Below, piece after piece: positions 38,205-50,208 of a stretch of 64,000 nucleotides of DNA (positions are counted from its first letter, which is position 1; each line of letters begins with the position of its first letter). The translations under genes were made by a program, and so were the position numbers. Origin of the DNA: Geosiphon pyriformis uo1 (taxonomy: Eukaryota > Fungi > Glomeromycota); the NCBI GenBank assembly GCA_016748015.1, contig JAAOMT010000226.1, forward strand, positions 850,604 through 914,603, written 5' to 3'. Below the pieces are notes generated by a model. The model saw only the letters and a list, made by a program, of their open reading frames with translations, ran no database searches and had not been told where the DNA came from.

Positions 38205-40113
38205 TTAAATTGTACAATGGCTGGCAATATTGATATTTGATATGACTTCCGGTTCATTTCTACCAGGAAGCACGAAACTAACACTTTGTTGTCTACTAAT
38301 TGTACTAATTCTAGAAAAATAATAGCTAAAATCAAAGATCTCATTCTCTGGGTAAAAATATGAATTTAAAATTGAACTTGATCGTGATGAAATGGCAGTA
38401 AGTTTTAAATGAGCCGGAAACGGCGCTTGCGGTTGTTTTTGAAAGTTTATATACGGGTTTCGATGTTCGTAATTCCTTGTTGGTGGCAAATGCTCATCAT
38501 GATGCATTGTGGCCCTGGAATTAGGTGCTGATACAAGCGTCGTGTCTGGTGGAAGTTGATCGATATAGACTGTTGTCTGTTCTATTTTGGTGGTGATATC
38601 ATTCGGTTTTGATCTTACGGACGAGAAGAATGAAGAATCGAGAACATTGCCACGTTGGTTATGTATACTAGGGGCGATAAATCAAAATTTAGTGCATTCA
38701 TTGAAATTTAAATTAAGTTTTTCTGAAATGTAATAATTTCTTCGAGATGACAGTCATTTAGTGATTTAGCTACAATTTTACACCTACTTATAAAGTATAA
38801 CCATTTGTTCCAGTTGAATCAAAACCATGGGTAAGAACATATCAGCCAATTCAAATATTAAACTGGACTGGGTTTCTGATCGAAAAAGATTCTTAAACAA
38901 GTTGAAGATAGTTTTAGAGCCATAAAGAATGGTCATTATGATGACAACTATTCTCATCTTAAAAAAAAGAATATTCTTAGGTAAAAAGTGAAATTTCATT
39001 TTTAATGCTTATAATTCAAATCTAGGAATCTCCTAAACTCACATGAAATGAAACTTGCAGAATTTTCCTCAGCCTGGTCAAATCCCCCAACGCTGAGCGC
39101 CGTCTCAATTTTGCAATATAAGGACTTAACACAGAATTCATCTTGTACCAAAAGAAAATCATCATGATTAAATATAAAATTGTCCATAATATCCATAGAC
39201 CAGTATTCCAAAATGCCATTTGTCTGGCTAATTTTAAATCTTCTTTCATTAAATAGGAACCTTTCAGCCATCTAAATGGAAGTATAGTTGCACCAGGTCC
39301 GAGCAGGAAAACACCTGCTACGACATCAATCCAATGTTTGTTTAGCAGATAAGAGTTTTCGAATCGGGATATTGAGTTGGCACTTGATAAAGCGTAGACT
39401 AAATTTAAAAGTTTGAGAGATTAGTAAAGAATTCTATTTTAATACATATCAAAAATTGGATTTTGTTTGCCTACCTAGTCCGATAGGATATAATGTACCC
39501 AAGGAAAAAGCTGTCACGTAAGGTATATGAGATCCGACTTTTGAGGAAATAATTATTCAAGTTTAATATTTTTAAAGAAAATTATGAAAATCACAAAAAA
39601 ATGATATAAATAGCCCCTTCTCTTACCTAATGCCCACCTCGTATCTGGGTAAATTTGATATAATAAACATATTGCATTTTCAATGGTTACTGTTAAATAG
39701 GGTAAAAATATGAATTATATTCTTTTCTGAATTAAAAAAAAAAGATCAAATCATCATTATTTAAAGCCAAAACACAAATTATTACAAAAGGAATACGCCA
39801 CAACGCATAATTGAAACGCCTCAAGTGGTCGAGGCCGTATAATTCCTTTTCCCCTAGATGATGGAAAATATAGCGACTGTCCTTTCAATATAATTCGATA
39901 CCACAGAAATCCAATGGAGGTCAGTAATATTAGACCTGAATAAGCGATTGCTGCCAGATATAAAACCTTTTTGGCAGAATCTTGTTGACAACCATGATAT
40001 TTCTCATTTGTTGGAAACACACATTCGTTTGTAACCCATCGGGAAACATTCGGAAGAAGAGATTTGTGATTAATGTTAGATGTAATGGTGGGATCTGATC
40101 TAACTAAGCTCAT
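38205..40113 (-). CDS. Seven-TM receptor-like membrane protein
   Basis: Six exons join in frame. Short N-terminus with 2 Cys, seven hydrophobic segments, basic loop between TM5 and TM6 (KLRRRS..RLRK), long S/T/P-rich tail. Confidence 0.7.
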
Positions 40114-40847
40114 TTTTGAAGAGATTTGAAAAATACTAGATAAATGAATGTCTTTTTTTTAGATGAAAGGGTTGTTTGGCGACTAGCACCAAGTCTAAAT
40201 GAAAAAATAAAGATATTTAATTTATTTTAATTAAAGGAAACATATTAGGATAATTTATATGATGGGATTTTTTTTTTTGACAGTTTCTGCAAACATCAAG
40301 TTCGCGAAAAGGTGGAAACTAAAATTTCCGTCGACTACTATTTTTAAAGCGAATATTTTTTTTTGGTGACGATCAAATATGACATTAAATGTATTAACAA
40401 TTATTATAGGGATGAGGTTATATTCGTCAAATCAACTGATCCCCTATGCAGGAATGAAGAATCCTGTTTTCGTTTCAGAGCATTTCAATATAAAACTTGA
40501 ACAATGAAAATCTTGATTGTTAAGGGTTCAATATATTGTATGGGTATAAATTATTCTTTGTTAAGATGTTACGCATGCTGGGTGGCTATAGAGGAATATA
40601 AAAGATTTTCGAAACTGATGAAAGGTTTTTGAACTAACAAAGGATGTCAAAAATTTCGCGGGTCAACAATTTGAATCAAAGTGGTATTTTTACAATATTT
40701 TTTAAATTAAAATTTATTAAATAATATTAGAAAATCTTTATATTTAAAATAAAATGAATAATAATTTCTTTATGAAATTAAAGTAACAAAAGTATATTTA
40801 TATTAAAAAACGGAAATAAAGTTTGATTGTTGTTATTTTTGTTATTT

Positions 40848-40899
<52 letters not shown>
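40848..40899. repeat. (TTG)n microsatellite
   Basis: Direct tandem repeat. Confidence 0.9.
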
Positions 40900-41174
40900 G
40901 TTTATTACAAAATTTTCAAATTGAAAAAAAAAGAATGAATTTTTATTAAATAATTTATGAAATCATATTTTAGAGTTTTATGATACAAAGAAAGATTAGA
41001 TGATATATTGTTTTTTTATTATATTTTTGCTTTCATCATAGGAATTATTTTGATAAAACAGGTATTATAATAACACGAAAAATGAAATAGAAATTACGAA
41101 AAACATTCAAGATAGTATTCACAAAAGTTCCTTAAATAAAGATACTCATCTTTTATTTGAAAAAAAGCAAATAA

Positions 41175-41175
<1 letters not shown>

Positions 41176-41241
<66 letters not shown>
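41176..41241. repeat. (AAT)n microsatellite
   Basis: Direct tandem repeat. Confidence 0.9.
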
Positions 41242-41422
41242 GATTTTATTACTATTTAATTGAACAAAAAAGAATATACGATACTTGATACTTGAACAAA
41301 TTTCCTAATTCGAAAACTCTGCCAAAATAAGTAATATAGTGAAAAAAAAAAAAAAAAAAGGGGCAAATGAGTTTAAAACTGAAATAGGGAATTTTTCAAG
41401 TTTGAAATTCATAATTCAAGCC

Positions 41423-42494
41423 CTAACAATAATTCAATACTCCGATAGGAACATATGGTTGAATATTGCATCGATGGTCACTTTTAGTATCTTCAACTTT
41501 TAAAACCGTCAACTTCTTGAAATTTTGTAAAAAGGACCAATCAGGTTTTGGGTGTAGTCGAACATTATTCAATTCCAAATGTTTTAAGGTATCGGATCGA
41601 GTTGATATCGCATCAAATAATTTCGAGGAAGGACCTTGGTAATAGTAAATTTCTAGATGAGTCAGATTGACTTGTTGCGAAAGAAATACGGAAAACTTCA
41701 AAAGCGTTTCTTCCAAATTAAAATTATTAGGAATTTCGAGTCTAATTATTAAATTTTTCTGAAAAGACAGTAATAATATTAGAAATAAAAATATTATTAT
41801 TATCCTTATTATTGTTTACCGAGTATTCATTAACGGATTAAAAAAAGGAAATTTTTCATACCACATTTTTACATATATTTGTCAGCTTACCCAAAATATT
41901 CTTTTTAGGTGTTTGCGCCAATAATTGTAATGTATTAAGGGGTGAAAGTAGCTCAGCAAAGTTTTCATCTGCCCATAAGTCATAATGTTGAGCTCGCATT
42001 GATTGGTCAGCATGTAAAATTTTTAAATGTCCATTATGATCATTGAATAATTTCAAGATCCCTCTAACAACTTCATTCACCATCGGTCTTTTTGAACCAA
42101 TATATAAATCTTTGCAGTATTCTTCTGCCGTTACCACCAAATTTGAATAATTAAGAAACTTTACAAAAGAAGGATAATCATATAAAGGGGGAGGACTTGA
42201 GAATGGACGAGTGGCTGCTAATGTATTGAAATAAGAAGTATCACGAGGAAGAATATGTTCTAGGGTTACATATGGAATCATTGTCAAATATCCATCATTA
42301 GGATTTTCTTTTGCAACCATGGAGAGTAGTAATTTTAAAAGGGGAATTTCTACCACTGAATTAAATGGGTCACTCCAGAGTTGAGAAATCCCTTCTCGGC
42401 ACCATTCTTTATTAATTAAGCATGCCTTAAGAAGGTCTTCTCGATCTAGATGTTTGAGAATTTCTAATAAAACGTCATATATAATAATCGTCAT
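41423..42494 (-). CDS. F-box protein with LRR/RNI-like C-terminus
   Basis: DVLLEILKHL..DLLKACLINKEWC....LWSDPF, PLYDYPSFVKFLNY, LTHLEI/LKHLEL/LTVLKV repeats. One intron ~41759-41861. Confidence 0.85.
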
Positions 42495-43590
42495 TTTTGG
42501 TGAAAATTTATATATATAATAAATGATGAATTTTCTTTCTTTTGTAAGACTCGGGACGGTGGTATAAAAATTCTAATTCTCAATGCCTTTTTATAAACCT
42601 TAAAAAAATCAGGTTATTTAAATCCTACACGAAAACTACGTACTCTAAATATTTGGTGGGTGTGTCATAAAAGCAAACTTAACAAAACTGCGTCCAAATA
42701 CTCATTTGTTATTTTTAGAAATCTTGGTGTAAATGATTTCCCTGATAGTCATCCCAATATATATATATATTGTATCACACATACCCATTTTATTCTACCC
42801 AGGGTAACATTGAAATAAATAAATGAGGTCATCCAGTCCAGTTAATAATAATAATAATCATAATAATCTGCATCAAAGAGGGTTCTTCAATACGAAAGAA
42901 ATTAAAGATCATCAATTATCCACAGTAAATATATTTTATTTATATTTATTTATAACGAGTATGGCCCAGCCGCTACCTAAAATTATACAGTTTAACGAAA
43001 CTCTAAACTAGGCGCAGCTCACTCTCTTGATACATGAGAAATATATATGCTTTCCTCAAATAATTGACAGATGTGCAATTTTGTAAAATCTAAATTCTTA
43101 ATTTTTAAAAAAACATAATATATCAAATTCATGATGGTGAGAGCTAAAGATTCGAACAGATGCTTCAATATTCAAGTTTATTTTTTCAAGTCTTAAATAA
43201 TTTTTCATAAATCTATAAATACTTGAATTGAATTTCAATTCATTTATACCACAATATGTTTGTATCCGCAAATACTAAGAAGGTTGGAAAATTATTTCTA
43301 ATTTTTAAAAAATAACTTGGTAATTCTGACCTTTTTGAAATAATTATGAGATTTTTATTCGAGATAAATCTTCGTTCCTAACTTTAGATATCCTTCTTAA
43401 ATTCTTACTTACCAAACATGTTAGAAACTTGGTTTTCTAAGATCCTTTTGTTGTTTTTGATCAAGTTTTAACATTTATAAAAATTTAAAAATATATTTTT
43501 GAATCAGGATGTAATCTTTTTAAGAAATATCAACATCTACTAGTAACCCAAACTTCCCAGCGATATTATGAAATAATTATAGCCATGCAT

Positions 43591-43593
<3 letters not shown>

Positions 43594-43650
<57 letters not shown>
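43594..43650. repeat. (CT)n microsatellite
   Basis: Direct tandem repeat ~230 bp upstream of the PDI-like gene. Confidence 0.9.
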
Positions 43651-43652
<2 letters not shown>

Positions 43653-43882
43653 ATGAAACCTATAGTAAAGTAGTTAGAACTGAAGATCCTCTTGATTCAC
43701 GATAGTGTAACCCAACTCGATATGGAATATTTTATTCGAATTCACAGTGACCAATTTCATTCTCGAACTACATCTATGAGGTTGGAGGTGATAAACTAGC
43801 TTTTTCGTGTCACCCCAAGAAAAATCAAAAAGGCCTTGCTTCCTTCTAAACTTAACCCTCGCTTCTCAAACTTGTCTCCAAA

Positions 43883-46430
43883 ATGAAGATCTTAATATTG
43901 GCACTTGCTTTTCTCTTAGTTAATCTTTTAAATGTATCCGTTGCTGTCGACCCGATCTTACTGAACCGAGAGAACTTTACCAAAAGCATTTCGAATGGCA
44001 CTTGGTAGGTTTATCATGGAATTTGGCTTAGTTTTCCCAAAGGAAAATGCTTCTTTTTGTTAACAAGACCCTTTTTTTTTTTGAAGGCTTGTTAACTTCA
44101 TGTCACCATACTGTCCTCACTGTGAAAAACTTGGTAAGAAACTCTTTACAATTGGCTCAACGTCAACAGCACTCTTCGACAATTTTACAAGCTAATTCCG
44201 TTTTTTTATCGAAAGCTCCCGCATGGCGTCAATTAGCCGATGATCATGCTCCCCTTCGCGAGTCGAAAGGATTTCACATCGCAGAGGTTGATTGCAGCTT
44301 AGATGGGGGTAATGATTTTCTTCATGTGATTTCTCTTTTATGATTTATTTCATTCAATTCGCGTGATCTTCCCAGATCTTGCTGATGAAAATGAAGTCAC
44401 AGGAACACCAACACTTCTTCTGTAAGTTGTTTTTATATTTTTTTTACTATTTGCGGGTGGAAAGTCATTTCAACTATCTTTGAAGCATCAATAATAAAAA
44501 GTGGAGTATGACCACCCTTTGATTCCCTATGTATTAATTCCATTAAAACATCAAACTTACAGCAATTAGTGGTTTTTTACATAATTAGATACCAGAATGG
44601 AAAGAAAATCGAAAAGTATCGTGGAATCCGGGATCTTGCTCCCATCTCCAGGTATATCGTCGAAAAAGCTGATCAATATTATACCCCTTCTGACGCGGTT
44701 AATGAAAATGATAAACCTAAAACAACTTTAACGGAAGACGAAAGCATAACTAAAAACGATCCAAGTACAACATCAATCCTGAATCAATCCGGAACTGTCA
44801 TCGTTCTGGGAGCAACCAATTTTGATACTTTGACCGCGTCCGGCCCATGGTTCATAAAATTCTTCGCTCCATGGTGTCCCCATTGCAAAGATTTGGCTCC
44901 AATCTGGGAGGAATTGGCAGGAAAGCTGAAAGGAGAAATAAATGTTGGTTCTGTTGACTGTACTCTTGAAGGAGGTACTTTGTCATCTTTAAAACTATCT
45001 TAAATCAATTTTTTACCCTTTATTCATATTGCTTTCTGCTTCTTATCGAAAGACTTATGCAGTAGATATGAAATTCGTGGATACCCAACCTTAAAACTGT
45101 GAGTCTTATATTTGTCTCATGTAATTCTCTTGATTTTTTTTTTATTCATTATCTTGACAATATATTCTTTTTTTTTGTTTATTTCTAAAAGCTTTATGGG
45201 TAAAGATATTATTGAGTATAAAGGTTCCCGAAAGCTACCTGAACTTCTCAATTTCGCCGAAAAGGCTTCAAATGCGGGAATTATCGAGCTTACTGCTGAG
45301 AAATTTGACCAACTCAAGAAGAAAGAAGTTCATTTCATTTACTTATATGATGACAAATCTCCCCCTGAAGCACTCGTGAGTTTTTTGGAAATATTAATTT
45401 GGATGATTTTTCTATCAACTTAAATTTCCTTCGACCTGAAATAATATTTGGAAATTTTTGTTTCAAAGCGCACAATGGATTCTTTGGCTCGTAGCCTCTT
45501 TTCAATAGCCAAAATATACTCGTCAAAAGATAAAGATCTAGCCCTTGCCCTAAAAGTTTCCCAATTTCCGGCTTTTATTGTACTCAAGGACGACATCCAG
45601 AAAGTTTATCCTGAGAACCATTACGAAGCATTCTCAGATGTCGAGTCACTAAGAAATTGGATAGACTTTGAGAAATATCCCATAGTATCTGCGCTTAATT
45701 CTGAGAATTCCGAGGAAATATTGAGTGGTGAACGATTGATTGTTTTAGGAATTTTTGACCCCAAAGGAGGAAAGTCATTCACAAAAGCCAAGGCTTCGTT
45801 GAACGCTGTGGCTAGACATTACTTTTTACAAGTTAAAAGACGTAGTGGTTCAGAAGAAGGAAGGGCGGTCCTTTTTGCATGGCTTGATGGTAACAAGTGG
45901 TCAGATTATATCTATCGAGTATACGGCTTATCTCATCAAGATTTACCCGCTGTCCTGATCAGCGATCCCACGGTTATCTTTTATTTTTTTCTTTTCACTT
46001 TGCTTTGGATATTCACATTTTGAACATAATTGATGACCGCTTTTTCCATCTGACCCTTTTCCCGCTTTCATTAGGCTGAAGAATATTTCGATAAGACAAA
46101 GAACGGTGACAAAATATTATTGGAGAATCAAGATAATTTATTTGAGGCAATTCATGATGTTAAAAAAGGACTTTTGAAAGGAACCAGCACAATGAATTTT
46201 ATTGAAAAGGCAGTCAAGGTATATTTCCTCTCTTTATTTTTTGACTTGATGTTGACATTATTTTGTTCAAAGGTTCACTTTATACTTTATAATTTTAGAA
46301 CTCTTACCAAAAAGCATGGTCCCACCCATATGTCACTTTGAGCTTCTTTGGGGTTTCATTAGTAGGCATATGGCATTTCTTTAAACCTAAAAAAGTTGTT
46401 CCTGTCAAAGGATACCCAAAGTTCGAATGA
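43883..46430 (+). CDS. ER membrane protein disulfide isomerase-like (Eps1/TXNDC5-like)
   Basis: Signal peptide, two thioredoxin active sites (SPYCPHC, APWCPHC), two inactive Trx-like domains, C-terminal TM and Lys-rich tail ending GYPKFE. Confidence 0.88.
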
Positions 46431-46677
46431 TTTACAAGATACAAAAAAAACTCCTTACTCAATGATACTGTTAGGGAAATGTCGAATTTCCCGTTAAAGT
46501 TATGAGTAATTTTATTCGCATTATTTTAGATTAAATAGAATTTATCGAATCATAAAAATTTGAAAAATAATCAATGGTATTGTCTCTATTTCCATGACCT
46601 TAATCTAAAAAGATCTGTGGCGAAGTAACCTGGAATTTAAAAATAAAGCAGATTCTTTGTCTTTGAGTTCTGTCAAA

Positions 46678-47346
46678 ATGTCCTCTTCAAAGACCAAGAA
46701 GCTCTCAGACCAAGGTCTATATTTATAATTCTTAAATTTCTAGTCACTATTTCTTCCCGGTTGTGCTTCAATGGTATTCCTCAGTGTTCACTGCCATCCC
46801 TCTATAAATTATGTCTTGTGAAAAAGATGTTTACGTTCTTTAACTTAACAATTTTTTTGGATGTGACCGTATTTTCCAGAGGTAACCGTTATCTTCAACA
46901 ATATGAAGACTGAATTACAAAGCATTGCCCAAAAGTTGGGAGAGTTAGAAGCAGAGGCCGAAGAACACAAGTGAGTTTGGCCGCATGAAAACACAGTTTG
47001 ATATAGTGACATTTAGCTCACTGATTTTAATCTAGAGCTGTGGTCGAGACACTTTCACCATTAAGTGGCGATCGCAAGTGTTTTCGTCTTGTGGGTGGTG
47101 TACTCGTTGAGCGAACAGTGAAAGATGTATTGCCAGCGTTGACGACAAATCATGCTGGTGTGCGTATTCCCAATTTATTGTAAAAATATCTTTTCAAGTT
47201 AATTTTTTAATTTCTTAACTTGAGCGAGCTCTCATACTTAGATTCGGAATGTGATGGATCAGTTAGTGGGACAATATAAAAAGAAAGAGGAAGAGTTTGT
47301 GGCGTTCCAAAAGGAACATAATATTCGCGTCGTAACGAAAACATAA
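46678..47346 (+). CDS. GIM4: Prefoldin subunit 2
   Basis: Four exons: LQSIAQKLGELEAEAEEHK|AVVETL..DRKCFRLVGGVLVERTVKDVLPAL..HNIRVV. Confidence 0.93.
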
Positions 47347-48301
47347 TTTTCTCTCGATTGTTGTCAGTTGAAATATAATTTCAATTCCAAATTTTTCAGG
47401 TATGGTTAAATAAAGCGATTTACTCTCTTTTTCTTTGTCTATCAAACTTTTTTGTTCTTTTGATGAGTTATTTCCCAAAAATTTCAGTTGGCGTTTTTCA
47501 TAGCTATTTTTATTCAAATTTTTCATCCTTCTCAAATTGTAATCACAGAGATGCTGCAGTGCTTGGGGGACCTCCGGCAAATTAGACCAGTGACAATGGT
47601 ATTTGAAACAAATTATTTTTTATGACAATGTAATTATAGGTTACCTCCATAATTTGATATTTTGTGAACCCATGAAATTTTTTTTTGTGAGCTTTTTTAA
47701 CCTAGAGGCAAGCGTAATGATTTTGTAAATTTAATGGATTTGATTTAAAGCATCAAATCATGCATTTCCACATAAACCTATAAATGGCCAAAAATATCCA
47801 AATTGGGGTCGTGGACTTGATCGGAAATATTAAATCTCATGTTACACAACCTGCTATGCCAAAATTCATGCAGAACCTACATTTCCATGAATCCGTTTCG
47901 TACTATTTTGCGGAGTCTATACAACCAAACAATTCCTATTCAACTCATCATTCTAAATTGACGCCGATTTTTCAATCGAGATTACTCTTTTTGTCCTGGC
48001 TACCATATCTCACTGCCACTGAGGACCCCTTCGAGTTTATATGCAGCATATGATATCCCATATTAAAGAGTGAGATTTAGCATCAGTGGCTCTTGTTATG
48101 GACTCCAGATTCTGATGATAATAGCATTGACTTGTTTATACATAAAGTGACCATGTGTAATTGGTCACTTTCATAAATTATTTTATAAATGGATTTTAAC
48201 TTGAATAAATTATAATTTATCTTTCTGTCGTTTTTATCTGCCGCACCTCACACGCTCACGCTTTACCAGTTTTAAGGGAACGTTCATGCGACTATAGCTG
48301 C

Positions 48302-50053
48302 TCATAAATTCGCCGTATAGCCTAAATCTTTTAGGCTGCTTCGAAGGGCCCCAATCGCATCCTGTAGATGCTTTCGTTCTGGTTCAGTGACACTGATTCC
48401 CATGTGGCTGCAACAAAAGGAGGTTGAATAAGGAAAAAATAAGATTTACTGGATATTCAGCTGAAAATTATTCAACAACACGTACCCAAGTCTGAAGTAT
48501 TGACTGGCTATGGCTTTATGTAGACCACCGGCTACAACGACATTATTTGCTGCTATCTTTGGTAGCAGATCAGGTCCAGTCACAAGATCAGGATAATAGA
48601 TAGCGGTCATGCCATTAGCGGCTTTCTCCCTGGATTTAGGAAGCTAAATTAAACCAGTAATTAGTTTAGATTTTTTTAAATCGCAGAAAGTTAAAAATCC
48701 ATATCCGAATTGATTTCTACCATTTTTAACCCTAATTCATCGATTGAATTTTTTACGTAGTTACTTGCTTTTTTATGTTGCTCGAAACGTTCCTCAAGCG
48801 GTACCGAGGTAATTTGCTTCAAGCTAGTGTTTAAAGCATAAATGAGTTGAACAGGAGGCGTAGCAAAATATGCAGGTTTTCGCGATTCATAAGCCTTCAT
48901 TACTAATGTTGATAGAAAATGTTGGTATAATTTATTACCCATAACATGCACAAACGTAATTTAAGAACCAGAGATAAAAGCAGAATACTTGGAAGCCAGT
49001 GATTCCATGATCCATAATAGCTGTTTACAGCGGCTTTACGATTTTTAAAAGTATTCTAAAAATCATTATAAGCATCTGCTAATCAATAGGGGTTAATTTC
49101 AAAACAAGTATGCACATTCATGAGGTACGTACGATCGCTCTTTCACTTGCAACCACAATCGAGAGGCCTGGAGGAACACCCAACGCTTTTTGGCTGGCAG
49201 TCATTACGATGTCAAGCCCCCATTCGTCCATGCGAATTTCTTCGACCCCCACAGAACATACTCCATCAACAATGACCAGTGTGTCGGGGGATTGCTTGTG
49301 TACCACCTCGGAAATTGCCTTAATATCCGAGAGGACTCCAGTTGAGGTATCCACGTGAGTAATTGTGATAAGTTTAAATGATTTCGCTTTTAGAGCTTCG
49401 GATATTTCGGCCAGAGAAGGTCGGTCTCCAATCGCTGCCCCAACTTGTGTAACTTTGCTACCGTATGTTTCAAAGCTACCAAAAGATAATATAGCCACAA
49501 AAGTGTGAAGATTTATCTGATGATAGACATAGATTACTGGAAATAGGCAATTTTCATCCCAGAAAAACTTACCAAGCGGCAAACGAATCACCAAAATACC
49601 CAGAATTCAAGACCAAAACATCTTGACTTGGCTCAACCAAGTTTGAAGCAATCATGTCCCAACCTAAACTTCCTGAACCAGCAACGATGAATGGCTGACC
49701 TTTAGCAGTAAATAACACTTTACGCAGTAGCTCAATACTCTCGCCAAATACTGGAATGAAAGCTGGTGCGACATGAGAAGTGGAAGGCGTGGCCATTGCA
49801 GATAGAACTTCTTCATGGAACTCCACAGGACCTGAAAAGAATTGCTAATTAGTGAATTACAGGCCCCGCTTGGAGTCAGTACGTTGAAAGACAAATACAT
49901 ACCAGGTACCATGCAGAGTTTGTGGTCTTGTTTTGAAGTCATGGTAGAGAAAAATGCTCTGGCGCTATTGAATTGAATGGGTAAAAGAGAAGTCCGACTT
50001 CGCAACCGCAGTAATAACGTAAGGGCGGTAAGAGACCGTACAGTAACTGGCAT
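48302..50053 (-). CDS. AGX1: Alanine--glyoxylate aminotransferase (class V PLP enzyme)
   Basis: MVPG|P, THVDTSTGV, VDGVCSVG, ASQKALGVPPG (PLP Lys), YFATPPVQL, GGLH..YFRL|GHMG; C-terminus ...YTANL. Confidence 0.93.
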
Positions 50054-50208
50054 ACAGTCGCTCTTTAGATGTTCAAAAGATACTAGTCAGATGAGTCATT
50101 ATATTTTTTTTGGATAAAAAACTGGGTGCACTGCCACAAATTACAGATCAACTATGAAGAGATTTAAATAGATGTAAATGCCATGCATATCCAAATATAA
50201 CTCCTCAA
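50054..50208. promoter_or_regulatory. 155-bp bidirectional promoter with perfect ATGAGTCAT (Gcn4/AP-1-type) site at 50091-50099
   Basis: Head-to-head ATGs at 50053(-) and 50209(+); motif seen directly, function inferred. Confidence 0.5.

Noticed and set aside
48144-48171. 10-bp stem hairpin downstream of AGX1 (similar short inverted repeats at ~6860 and ~11020)
   Set aside because: Too short to distinguish from chance; bacterial terminator logic does not apply
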